Shown in pieces: positions 48,801 to 56,773 of a stretch of DNA of 64,000 nucleotides (positions within the stretch are counted from its first letter, which is position 1; the number at the start of each line of letters is the position of its first letter). The notes under the pieces were generated by a model. The model ran no database searches and had not been told where the DNA came from. It saw only the letters and a program-made list of their open reading frames with translations. A program made the translations under genes and the position numbers. The stretch lies in the IMG/VR virus record IMGVR_UViG_3300035454_000933, positions 154 through 64,153 of that record; one strand, 5' to 3'. Origin of the DNA: a virus. Lineage: Duplodnaviria; Caudoviricetes.

Positions 48801-51262
48801 GGCTCCGGAGAAGCGGCGTCGGCAGCCGTCGGCACGTGCGCCACGCCCAGGGCGGCCAGCGCGTCGGCGCCGTATTTGTGCCAGGCCTGGGCGTCCTTGT
48901 TGTCTGACCCAGCCAGATGCTGGGTGTTTTCCTGCAGGGTGGCGATGTCCTTGTTTTTGAAGGCGTCCACCATGACGGAGCCCGTCAGATTGAAATGCGA
49001 CGTCACCGGCGGTACCGGTGGGGTTTTGCTCAAGTACGCCAGCGCCGCGGCGGCGTAGGCATGAGCCGCCTTGGCGCCAGCGGACTCCAGGCCATCGGCC
49101 AGCGTCTGGTGGTCATCAATTTTTGCGACGTTGCCACTGTTCAGAGCCTGCTCGATATCGTCGATCACCTCAGACCAGTGAACCGAGACGAGGCCGGTCG
49201 GCTTCGCTGGCTTCGAGCTGGTGGGCTCCGTGGCCACGGCCGCGGTAGCGCCAGGCTCGCCCAGGCCGGCGAGCGCGGTCTGCGCGAGAAGAACCTGCTT
49301 CTTGGCGTAGGTCTGCTTGGCTGCACCCTTGGCGTCGATGAACGCCTGCAGGCCGGCCGTGTCGCCAGCGAAGGCCATGGCCTCGATCTTGGCGACCGCG
49401 GCGTTGTGGCTCTTGGCGTTGGTGTTCGCGTCCGGCAGCTTCTGCTTGTACCAGGGGATCGACTGCAGGTTCTGCAGCTGCTGGGACGAGAGGGTGCTGG
49501 TGGACGGCGCCGCAGGCGACATGGTCACGTTGCCCGGTACCGGAGCCACATCGGCCAGGACCTTGGCCACATTGGCCTGCACGCCAGGCTTCAGGCTGGA
49601 CCACGGAACCTTTGCAACGGCATGCGCGGTGGTGTTCGGGATGCCGGTGGCCGTGGCGTAGACCGACGGGTCGCTGGCGGCCAGGTACTGCGCCTTTTTT
49701 CCCCAGGACAGGCCGTCCCACTGGTACCCGACCGAACCGGCGGCTGGCGGGGCCTCGCCGCCCTGCTTCACCCAGTGCCCGTCCTTCAACACCAGGGTGC
49801 CGCCGTCGGCGCCGGGTTTTGTGTCGCCCTCCTTGGGGCCGCTTGCCGACCACTGCATCAGGCTCCCGCCGTCGCTCGTGGCGGGCGCGCCGGAGTGCAC
49901 GAAGCCCTGCTTCTCGTAGAAGCCGACAGCGTCCTTGGTGGCGTAGAGCTTGATCGGCAGGTCGCCATAGCTGGCGAATTTCTTGGCCTCGGCCAGAAGC
50001 TGGGTGCCAGCACCCTTGTCCACGGAACCGATGTGGTGCACCTCGACGCTGTCGCCGGTCTTGCCGAACGCGATCGCCGCGGTCACCTTGCCGCCGGAAT
50101 CCTTGATGACGAACTTGTTCTCGTAGTTAGAGAACAGCGCGTTGTTGATCTCTTCAACAGCGGCGGCCGGGCCAGGCTTGATCAGCTTTTGGAGCTCGAC
50201 GGCTTCCGTGATGCCGTCCCCGACGAACTGCGGGCCGGTTGCAGGGGCAGCGGCAGGAGCCGGTGCCGGCTTCGCCCCACCCTTGGCGTGCTCCAGCGCC
50301 GCGGCGTGCAGGGCCACGAGCTTCTTGCTGTTGGGCGTCTTGCCATGCCACATCTTCTTGTGCGGCTCGGCGGCGTCCTGCACCACCTGGACGTTACCGG
50401 CGTTGGCGTGGTCGATGATCTTCTGGGCCGTCTTCTCGTAGAGGGCCTTCACGCCGGTGACGGTCTTGCCCTCCTGGAAGGTGGGCATCTGCAGCGGGGC
50501 TGCGGTGGGCGCCGTGACCGGCTCCGGTGCCGGCGCCTCCGGCTTGAACTGCTCGGGCGCCTTCGCCACCAGGTGCATGCCGAACTTCTCAGCCAGCACC
50601 TTCTGCGCAGCGATCGCCTTCTCGCCAAAGTCCGCAGCGTCGAAGGCCTCCTGCTCGTCGTCGCCGTTGTTCAGCGCCAGCACGAAGCCGTCGACCTTGT
50701 CGTCCAAGCTGGCGGGCAGCGCGCCCTTGAGCGCGAGAGCGAGGCCGGCGTAGCCGCCCAACCCCTGCACCTCGGTTGGCTCGGCAGCGGTCGCAGCCGG
50801 CGCCGTGTTGGCCTCTCCGGACACTGCGCCATGGGTACCAGCCTTCTGGCCTGGTTTGACCATGTGTGGGCTGCCGTACAGACCGAGGATGTGGTTTGCG
50901 ATCTTGGCCAGCTTCTGGGAATAAGAATTCGTGCCGTAGCCCGCGCCCAGAATGGCGGCCACGTTACCTGTGTCAGACCACTCCTTCAGTTTTGCCAGCG
51001 CGCCGTTGAAGGTCTTGGCGTTGACGTTCGAGTCCGGGATCTTGAGGGCATCCAGCATCTCCGGCGTGAAGTGCGGAGACGGCACCACTGCGTGCGATTG
51101 GGGTGCGTGAGCGACTGGTGCTCCTTTGGGGGCGGGCTTGTCGTCGTGAAGTTTGTGCCAGCGGCCGTTGTAGAGGTAATGCTTCCCCGAGTGCTTGAAC
51201 TTGCCCTCGTGAACGATGGACTTCAGCAATAGGACGAGGCGTGGGGATTGATTGGCGGCCAT
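45866..51262 (-). CDS. Polyvalent protein: GNAT + WGR + HipA/PI3-4-kinase-like + R-S-E ADP-ribosyltransferase (1798 aa)
   Basis: GNAT DKGAGTQLL and AVGFYEKQGF; WGR KSWSVSVHGSTLKTEYGKIGG; kinase GGSNPGG, WYCK, KSEVLA, DAWLGNWD, DN, RVDAG; ART LYR, CTS, EKE. Confidence 0.85.
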   Translation of the reverse strand: MAANQSPRLVLLLKSIVHEGKFKHSGKHYLYNGRWHKLHDDKPAPKGAPVAHAPQSHAVVPSPHFTPEMLDALKIPDSNVNAKTFNGALAKLKEWSDTGNVAAILGAGYGTNSYSQKLAKIANHILGLYGSPHMVKPGQKAGTHGAVSGEANTAPAATAAEPTEVQGLGGYAGLALALKGALPASLDDKVDGFVLALNNGDDEQEAFDAADFGEKAIAAQKVLAEKFGMHLVAKAPEQFKPEAPAPEPVTAPTAAPLQMPTFQEGKTVTGVKALYEKTAQKIIDHANAGNVQVVQDAAEPHKKMWHGKTPNSKKLVALHAAALEHAKGGAKPAPAPAAAPATGPQFVGDGITEAVELQKLIKPGPAAAVEEINNALFSNYENKFVIKDSGGKVTAAIAFGKTGDSVEVHHIGSVDKGAGTQLLAEAKKFASYGDLPIKLYATKDAVGFYEKQGFVHSGAPATSDGGSLMQWSASGPKEGDTKPGADGGTLVLKDGHWVKQGGEAPPAAGSVGYQWDGLSWGKKAQYLAASDPSVYATATGIPNTTAHAVAKVPWSSLKPGVQANVAKVLADVAPVPGNVTMSPAAPSTSTLSSQQLQNLQSIPWYKQKLPDANTNAKSHNAAVAKIEAMAFAGDTAGLQAFIDAKGAAKQTYAKKQVLLAQTALAGLGEPGATAAVATEPTSSKPAKPTGLVSVHWSEVIDDIEQALNSGNVAKIDDHQTLADGLESAGAKAAHAYAAAALAYLSKTPPVPPVTSHFNLTGSVMVDAFKNKDIATLQENTQHLAGSDNKDAQAWHKYGADALAALGVAHVPTAADAASPEPAANEAFNGWKAAMAAGKQPTKEQAEAYAALEDSDPDTAMEAFNDAIQSNIAGDVSSMADDEFDASLQLATEKVHNLHGWALSGKPVGVHPSVLESLESLDISDLQEMLEVGSLKPEVKAHIEKMIKPLSEDEKAALNNLTLENLESMSKLQLSKPMLAHIKKLIVRHKMSEPVEPAKISVASQVFHNTTGTHSKSWSVSVHGSTLKTEYGKIGGTQQTTVKHLASPQAAAAMKTTLIKQKSANGYTYQGYGTHEHDADAQQGPKEGDTKMGADGMLILKDGHWVKMQTGDDGAGDWVHSPNDPGFSGAGTIGNHEGLVAFEPSMGAEYHDEASMQANTGDPAAQATTLQELVQKMSAAGHTVPPLHMLQKLDPSFSASDMPGAGSSASSTTAAAPAMDAWAQTGKQGGSNPGGKFKDPTGQEWYCKFPNDADTAKSEVLAAKLYALAGLSSQDAQLVTKAGKVGIASKWVNIKPASSATALAKVEGVHAGFAVDAWLGNWDVIGLALDNCQIGPDGKAHRVDAGGSLEYRAQGAKKPFGPKVDEIDTLRDAKLNPKSAAVFGKMTVADLTASVAKVAAIDDSAIRALVFDHGPGTEAQKKAMADTLIARKNDLIARFPKAAKPPKKALDPTALPINPASLPKVHDFSNWNGAGVGLSSKPHVNKSNEAVEQAMRSLAATGNMVALADFKFQEVNKDTGEPTGKMLPVSKHPSKHVLQYQQDLLQVLDEVANPPQPLKVFRSTDVGSLAALNAAFPPKPFGTTVAKVQSNEKLGFWVALGAIGAPGNFKPKVLSNYTTTAVEAAKAKYKSASKLAKHFISSVQSSGSYNDLFRDGKSQDHQGNLLKDVAQAALAHATAMPEGTCLYRWQKMSPQMLEHIMSAKDGTVFQATGPMCTSYSPTATKGFGTHRVKVVYAKGAKAVESFGSGGFAGEKEVTTLPNARFVILSKKMVPDEEHGNPGAQRLELEILMLPPDLGI

Positions 51263-51284
51263 CCCCGCATTGTTGGATCACGAC
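51263..51284 (-). promoter_or_regulatory. Late promoter GTCGTGA-TCC-AACAAT-N6-ATG (polyvalent protein)
   Basis: Exact spacing. Confidence 0.75.
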
Positions 51285-51295
51285 GATGTGGGTCG

Positions 51296-51961
51296 TCAGA
51301 GTAAATGCGTCCGCTTGGTGCTCTTCTTGATGTTGTCGACACTCCACAAAGGCCGCAGGTTCGTGAAGTGGTTCAGCGCAAGCACATCGGCCTCAGTCGT
51401 CGCCGTGGCCAGCGCCACGATGTGGTCGACGTGCCAGAGCGACCGGTTGGTCCAGGTCATGCCGGGCAAGAACTGGCGCTCGATGTGGGCCGCAAATTCA
51501 GGCCAGGAGCACCCAAGAACCAGACTCGTCTTGGAGGCCTTCTTGTACCCGTTCCGCCTTAGCGCATTTCCGAGCAAGGCTCGCACACGATGAGAAAGGC
51601 AGAAGACCGCGTCACTTGCCCGTCGTTTTGCTGACCGCTCGTTCTTTTTAGCGAGTATTTGCGGCTTTCGCTTCAGGTAGTCGATCCGCTTTTGAAGCGC
51701 AATTTTTTCTCGATTTTCACGTCGATAAACCGATCTAGACAGCAAAATTTTCTCTCGATTCTTGCGTCGGTACTCGGCTGATCCGTTAATTTTTTTTGCC
51801 GGGTCACTCTTGTGGTCAGCCTTCTGAAGAATGCGAGAGCACTCACGGCACTGGCCGCTTCCTGTAAACCGCTCAACAACGTGCCCGCGAATGCATGGCC
51901 TCCCAGTAAAATATCTCGTGAGCTCACGCTTTCTGGCTTCAGCCCGAGTGATGATTTCCAT
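51296..51961 (-). CDS. HNH homing-endonuclease-like protein (221 aa)
   Basis: YFTGRPCIRGH...CREC; WHVDHIVALA...NHFTNLRPLW..DNIKK; lower GC than neighbours. Confidence 0.8.
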   Translation of the reverse strand: MEIITRAEARKRELTRYFTGRPCIRGHVVERFTGSGQCRECSRILQKADHKSDPAKKINGSAEYRRKNREKILLSRSVYRRENREKIALQKRIDYLKRKPQILAKKNERSAKRRASDAVFCLSHRVRALLGNALRRNGYKKASKTSLVLGCSWPEFAAHIERQFLPGMTWTNRSLWHVDHIVALATATTEADVLALNHFTNLRPLWSVDNIKKSTKRTHLL

Positions 51962-52055
51962 ACCTGTCCAAGGATGAGTCCTGATGAACAGCGCGGCTGG
52001 CGATGGACTAGACCGCCGGGGTGCCCCCCTTGCCGCGCCGAGTCACCAGTTTACA

Positions 52056-52367
52056 TCACGACGCCCGCTTGACCTGCGCCCCTCGTCCGGTCGGCCGGAT
52101 CACCACGCCCAGGCCCGGGACCTTGAACGGCTTGTTCTTCAGCTGGTGGGCCTCGGTCTTGGTCAGACCCTTGCCCTCCCAGACGTAGTCCGGGTACCGC
52201 TTGTTGAAGCGCTTGGCCTTGCGCTCGGCCTTGAGCACCGACGGGTACTCGCGGTAGATCATCTGCCGGCCAGGATCCTGGGACGGCCAGCCCGGCAGGT
52301 GCACGAGCAGGTAGCCGAATTTCTTCGGCGGCTTCTTGGGCTTTGGCTCAGCCTGCGGATCGGCCAT
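52056..52367 (-). CDS. Basic hypothetical protein (about 103 aa)
   Basis: ORF from ATG 52367, overlapping the upstream gene. Confidence 0.5.
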   Translation of the reverse strand: MADPQAEPKPKKPPKKFGYLLVHLPGWPSQDPGRQMIYREYPSVLKAERKAKRFNKRYPDYVWEGKGLTKTEAHQLKNKPFKVPGLGVVIRPTGRGAQVKRAS

Positions 52368-52593
52368 GGGCCAGCCCCTTCTGGTACCACGACACAGCCG
52401 ATCCATCGGCCCAGCCGCGGCAGTTCCGGCACTCGTAGCGCGCTGACAGATTGCCTGGCTGCAGAGGACCGAAGTCGTGCCCAGGGCATGCGTCCAGCTT
52501 GGCGTGGTTGGCTTTGACCGCGTCCCAGATGCCGAGCAGGGCCTCGCGCCGCAGGCCGGTGACCGAACTGAGCGTGTCGACGCTGTCGGCCAT
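52348..52593 (-). CDS. Small Cys/His protein (about 81 aa)
   Basis: LDACPGHDF...YECRNCRG. Confidence 0.6.
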   Translation of the reverse strand: MADSVDTLSSVTGLRREALLGIWDAVKANHAKLDACPGHDFGPLQPGNLSARYECRNCRGWADGSAVSWYQKGLAHGRSAG

Positions 52594-52654
52594 CAGACCA
52601 CCAGAACCCAGAAGGGCACGGTCCACCACATCCACATGTACATGGGGTAGATCA

Positions 52655-53086
52655 TCAGGCTGGGCTCGAACTTTGTGACCAACCCTGGATGACGGAGGCT
52701 TCAGCCACGCACTCAGCGGAATGGCTGACGCCGTCGGTCGCGCCGCAGCGATCGCCTTGGCACGCAGGAACGGCCGTGGCCACCTGGTAGGGCATCCACT
52801 CGCAGTAGCGGCCGACCGGCTTGCCGTCGAGATCGACAGCGGGCTCCTCGCCTGGCTGCAGCAGCGTGCACGACAGCACCGGGAACTGGCGGCCCATGAT
52901 GTCGGTGACCAGCACGTTGATCATGCGGTCGCCCCAAACGCTGATGACGGTGGCGTCCAGCGGCTGGCGATTCGTGGTGTCGGTCGGATCGCTTGCGGTC
53001 TGCATGGGAACTGGCCCGGTCTGGTCGCTCTTGCTTGGTCGATACCAGACCTTGCGGCCGACGGTGGGGGTGATGACACGGGACAT
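52655..53086 (-). CDS. Hypothetical phage protein (about 143 aa)
   Basis: TPTVGRKVWY...PLDATVISVW...INVLVTD...YCEWMPYQ; SD GGAG before ATG 53086. Confidence 0.7.
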   Translation of the reverse strand: MSRVITPTVGRKVWYRPSKSDQTGPVPMQTASDPTDTTNRQPLDATVISVWGDRMINVLVTDIMGRQFPVLSCTLLQPGEEPAVDLDGKPVGRYCEWMPYQVATAVPACQGDRCGATDGVSHSAECVAEASVIQGWSQSSSPA

Positions 53087-53175
53087 AAGCACTCCAGGTA
53101 GCTCCAGCAGGCGGCTGGCTCGCATTCACTCAATCGCCGCCACCAGCCGAAACCGGAAAGGCGTCCGACGGGCGG

Positions 53176-53604
53176 TCAGGCGCCAGCGGCAGCGGCGACG
53201 TCCACCGGGTCGGTATCGCCGGCCACGGTGCCAGCAATGGCCGCGACGTTGAGCAGCGCCGCGCGCGCCGCGATCATGTCCTCGGCCTGCTTCATCAGGC
53301 CCACGATGTGTTGGGCGTGCGGGTCGCCAGCGGCCGCGGCCGCCTCGACAGCACCAGCGGCGCCGGGCACGTCGAAGCCGAACTTCACCGCCTGCACCGA
53401 TGTGCCGGCCGGCAGGAACTCGGCGTCCCAGGTGACCGGCAGCATGTCCTCGCCACCCTCGCCCTCGGGCCGCACGCCGTCGATCTGGATCGGCGGCACC
53501 GACGACACGAAGCGGCCGTCACCGACGTGCACGAAGGATGCCGCGCCACCGGTTGGCAGCGAGACGGACAGGGCGGCGCCCCGGGGCAGTTTGAAAGAGA
53601 ACAT
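53176..53604 (-). CDS. Hypothetical protein (142 aa)
   Basis: SD AAGGA; AT-rich upstream gap with TACAAT/TAAAAT. Confidence 0.65.
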   Translation of the reverse strand: MFSFKLPRGAALSVSLPTGGAASFVHVGDGRFVSSVPPIQIDGVRPEGEGGEDMLPVTWDAEFLPAGTSVQAVKFGFDVPGAAGAVEAAAAAGDPHAQHIVGLMKQAEDMIAARAALLNVAAIAGTVAGDTDPVDVAAAAGA

Positions 53605-53643
53605 GGCGAGTCCTTGTTGCGTTAAAAATTTTATTGTATCAGC

Positions 53644-55086
53644 TCAAAAAGGCTGATCGTCGTCTTCAGCAACAGGGGCCGCAGCCGGCGCCTCGGAGCG
53701 CACCTCGTCGTCGCGCGGGAACAGCTCGCCGGTCTCCGCGTGCACCGCGCGCCGGCCGGTCAACATTTCCCAGCGCCGCACCGCCACATCAACAAATTTG
53801 GGGTCGAGGTCGCACACGCGGGCGATCAGGCCCATGCGATCGGCCATGATCAGCGTGGTGCCGGAGCCCGAGAACTGGTCGATCACGATATCGCCCGGGC
53901 GGCTGCTGGGCTTGGCCAGCTTCTCCCACAGGCCCACCGGCTTGGTGGTCGGGTGCAGCTCGGAGCGTGCCGGCTTGTCGTGGTAGATCACGGACCCTGG
54001 CGCCTCTTCGATGGTCGCCTGCCCGTCCACGATCAGCACCGTGTCGCCCACCGTGATGGCCCAGCGCCCGTCGCTGAGCTGGCGCACCGGCCCGTGCTCG
54101 CCGTACTCGACGACTGTCGTGCGCTTGCGGCCGCCATACCAGCGGTGCGCGGCTCCCGGCTTCCACCCGTAGAGGATCGGCTCGTGCTGCCACTGGTAGT
54201 CGCTGCGCCCCAGCACCAGGGAGTTCTTGCGCCAGATGAGGCAGCCCGAGAGCTTGAAGCCGGCGTCGCGGAACGTCGATCGGAAGTTCAGCCCCTCGGT
54301 GTCGGCGTGCGCCACATACACCGGTGCGCCCGGCTTCATGATGCCGAACATGGTCTGGTACGCCGCCAGCAGGAAGGCCCGGAACTCGGCGTCCTTCATG
54401 CTGTCGTTTTTGATCTTGCCCGCCAGCGCCGACTCATAGTCCACGTTGTACGGCGGGTCGGTGATGCACAGGTCGGCCAGCTCCCCTTGCATCATCCGGT
54501 CCCAGAACTCGGCGGACAGCGAGTCGCCGCAACCCACGCGGTGCGGGCCGCACTGCCAGATATCGCCCTCGCGGCTGTGGGGCACGTCGGGCACGGGCGG
54601 GACGGCGTCCGGGTCACCACCGGCGCCCTCGTCCTCTTCCTCCATGCCCTCAAACAGCTTGGCCAGGTCTTCCTCGGCAAAGCCGGTGTACGCCTCCAGG
54701 TCGAAGCCGCCAGCCCGCAGGTCGTCGGTTTCCAACTTCAGCATGTCCAGATCCCAGGCCGCGCCGAACGCGTCCGGGCTGCGGTTGTCCCAGATGACCT
54801 GGGCGCGCCGCTCCTCGTCGGACAGGTGCGACAGGTCGATCGCCGGTACCCGCTTCAGACCGATCTTCTTGGCCGCCAGGATCCGGCCATGCTCAGCCAG
54901 GATGACACCGTCCGCCACCAGGATCGGGCTGGTGAAGCCCACCCGCTGCATGTTGGCGGCCAGCGCCTCGATCTGGGCCGGCGGGTGGGTCTTCGAGTTG
55001 CGCGCATACGGCAACACCTCGTCGACCAGCACCATCTTGATCTCGCTGGGCAGGCGCACGCCAGCGTCGAGTTCGTGCGCGCCCAT
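53644..55086 (-). CDS. ParB-like N-terminus + N4/N6 DNA methyltransferase (480 aa)
   Basis: PYARNSKTH...GFTSPIL...EHGR; TDPPYNV; HPTTKPV; DQFSGSGTT. Confidence 0.9.
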   Translation of the reverse strand: MGAHELDAGVRLPSEIKMVLVDEVLPYARNSKTHPPAQIEALAANMQRVGFTSPILVADGVILAEHGRILAAKKIGLKRVPAIDLSHLSDEERRAQVIWDNRSPDAFGAAWDLDMLKLETDDLRAGGFDLEAYTGFAEEDLAKLFEGMEEEDEGAGGDPDAVPPVPDVPHSREGDIWQCGPHRVGCGDSLSAEFWDRMMQGELADLCITDPPYNVDYESALAGKIKNDSMKDAEFRAFLLAAYQTMFGIMKPGAPVYVAHADTEGLNFRSTFRDAGFKLSGCLIWRKNSLVLGRSDYQWQHEPILYGWKPGAAHRWYGGRKRTTVVEYGEHGPVRQLSDGRWAITVGDTVLIVDGQATIEEAPGSVIYHDKPARSELHPTTKPVGLWEKLAKPSSRPGDIVIDQFSGSGTTLIMADRMGLIARVCDLDPKFVDVAVRRWEMLTGRRAVHAETGELFPRDDEVRSEAPAAAPVAEDDDQPF

Positions 55087-55760
55087 CAGAAGTCGTCCTC
55101 TGGCTCGGCGTCGGAGCCCACACCCATGTCGCCCGTGCCCATGTCCGGCGGCGCAATGATGCCCCGGGCCTCGGACGGCACCGAGCGTTCAACCAGCACC
55201 GCGGTCGGCGCGTCCCCGGTCTTGGCCTCGGTCGTGATCCCGTAGGCCCGGCACTCGCCCGCCTGGACCAGCGAGAGCGTCTCGGCCGTGATCTTCGCCA
55301 GCTTCGCCATCTCGAAGGCGGCCGGAATGTCCGCGGTCGGACCCGACGCCTTCTTGATCGCGTTGTAGGCGATGTTGCGCGGCGCCGACCACTCGGTGCG
55401 GTGCCGGTCGATCACCCGGGCGCGCGCGCTGACCGCCTCGTCACGCGAGTACTCCGCAGCAGCCTCGGCCGCGGCCGTGGTGTCATCAAGGGGTTTGCCT
55501 AGTTCGCTCATTTTGCGTTTGAAGTTGTCGGCCAAGGTGCCGGCACGGGACGACATATCCCGAATACCGACCTTCGCCTTTTTCCAGCTCTGCAGCCGAT
55601 GCCAGCGCCGCACCCAGTACGTCGGGCACCCGACCTCAGCGCCCACCGACTCCAGCGTCGAGTAGGGCTGACCCTCGAAAATAACGCGCGCCGCGGCCAT
55701 GATCTCCATGGACGGCTCCGGGCCGTAGCGCGCGATCGGTTCACCTGCAATTCTTCCCAT
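55086..55760 (-). CDS. Putative terminase small subunit (224 aa)
   Basis: N-terminal HTH-like segment (TLESVGAEVGCPTYWVRRW..LQSW); late promoter 15 nt upstream; precedes the ParB-methylase as terS often does. Confidence 0.55.
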   Translation of the reverse strand: MGRIAGEPIARYGPEPSMEIMAAARVIFEGQPYSTLESVGAEVGCPTYWVRRWHRLQSWKKAKVGIRDMSSRAGTLADNFKRKMSELGKPLDDTTAAAEAAAEYSRDEAVSARARVIDRHRTEWSAPRNIAYNAIKKASGPTADIPAAFEMAKLAKITAETLSLVQAGECRAYGITTEAKTGDAPTAVLVERSVPSEARGIIAPPDMGTGDMGVGSDAEPEDDF

Positions 55761-55782
55761 GGCGCAATCTTACGTTCACGAC
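55761..55782 (-). promoter_or_regulatory. Late promoter GTCGTGA-ACG-TAAGAT-N6-ATG (putative terS)
   Basis: Exact spacing; last copy before the early region. Confidence 0.75.
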
Positions 55783-56009
55783 GGCATGCGCCACGCGAGC
55801 AGCGCCACCACCGACACCGACACGGCGATCGGCAGCAGCAAGGCCGCGGTGAGGACGGGCGCGCCAGCCAGGACGGCGGCGCAGGCGACGGACACCCAGA
55901 CGATGGCGGCCCACAGGACGGCGGAGAACCAGTGCATGGACGCAGGATCCGGCGCGCGGTCCTGCTCCGATAGGCGTGAACGCGGGAATTTGATGATGGT
56001 GGCGGACAT
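55776..56009 (-). CDS. Small membrane protein (about 77 aa)
   Basis: Two hydrophobic helices; start uncertain. Confidence 0.45.
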   Translation of the reverse strand: MSATIIKFPRSRLSEQDRAPDPASMHWFSAVLWAAIVWVSVACAAVLAGAPVLTAALLLPIAVSVSVVALLAWRMPS

Positions 56010-56019
56010 AGGAGGTAGG

Positions 56020-56307
56020 TCAAGCAAGGGACAGGTAAGCAGCGGCGGCAGCCAGCACGTCGCCATGACAGGGAAGCGGGGCGCAGCAGCAGCAGAGGTC
56101 GCGGCCGTGAAGCTCGCGCACCAGCTGGCCGAAGCCGGGCCGGGCCTGGATCTCGCGCCACAGCCAGCGCCGGTACCGGGCCACCACCTCGGCACGGTCG
56201 CCATCGCGGCCGACAACGAACGGGTTGCCCCAGGGCGAGCCGCGCATGATGTTGACGGCGCCGGGCGGAACGCGGCCACCGTGGTGGTGCTTGTTCAGGA
56301 CGGTCAT
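56020..56307 (-). CDS. DUF4326-like protein (about 95 aa)
   Basis: RGSPWGNPF...ELHGRDLCCCCAPLPCHGDVL. Confidence 0.8.
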   Translation of the reverse strand: MTVLNKHHHGGRVPPGAVNIMRGSPWGNPFVVGRDGDRAEVVARYRRWLWREIQARPGFGQLVRELHGRDLCCCCAPLPCHGDVLAAAAAYLSLA

Positions 56308-56518
56308 GGCGCGGCCACACCGGCGGGCGCCGGAGCCCGAAACTCGTTGCACTCAGCCCACGACGGACCGAGGTCGTTGAAGGCGTAGCGCCCGATGTGC
56401 CAGCCCGGCATGTCTCGCCACAGCTGGGACTGCTTGTTGCGGATCTGGGCACCTGGCACGGCCGACAGCGGCGTGGTCCGCAGCGGGTGGCCCGCGGGAA
56501 GGGTGTGGAGCAGGACGG

Positions 56519-56773
56519 TCACCGGCGGCTCCGGGACGCACGCAGCCGGGCCAAGACCTTGAACGGCCAGAGCAGCGACCAGGCCGCGATCACCCAGCAA
56601 ACACCCAGGACAGCGGACGCGGCCAGCACCACCAGCCCAAGATCCCGGGAGTCAGCACCGGTCATCACGCGCCACAGGTCGCGCCACTCGCTGGATGGCT
56701 CGAACAGCAAGTCGCTGAAGAACAGCGCCAGACCAAAGCACAGGTAGAGCCCCACGGCGTCGACCACGTTCAT
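56519..56773 (-). CDS. Small membrane protein (84 aa)
   Basis: ATGA coupling; two hydrophobic helices, LLWP motif. Confidence 0.55.
   Translation of the reverse strand: MNVVDAVGLYLCFGLALFFSDLLFEPSSEWRDLWRVMTGADSRDLGLVVLAASAVLGVCWVIAAWSLLWPFKVLARLRASRSRR

Noticed and set aside
46817-51232. 696-aa and 771-aa plus-strand ORFs
   Set aside because: Shadows of the polyvalent gene
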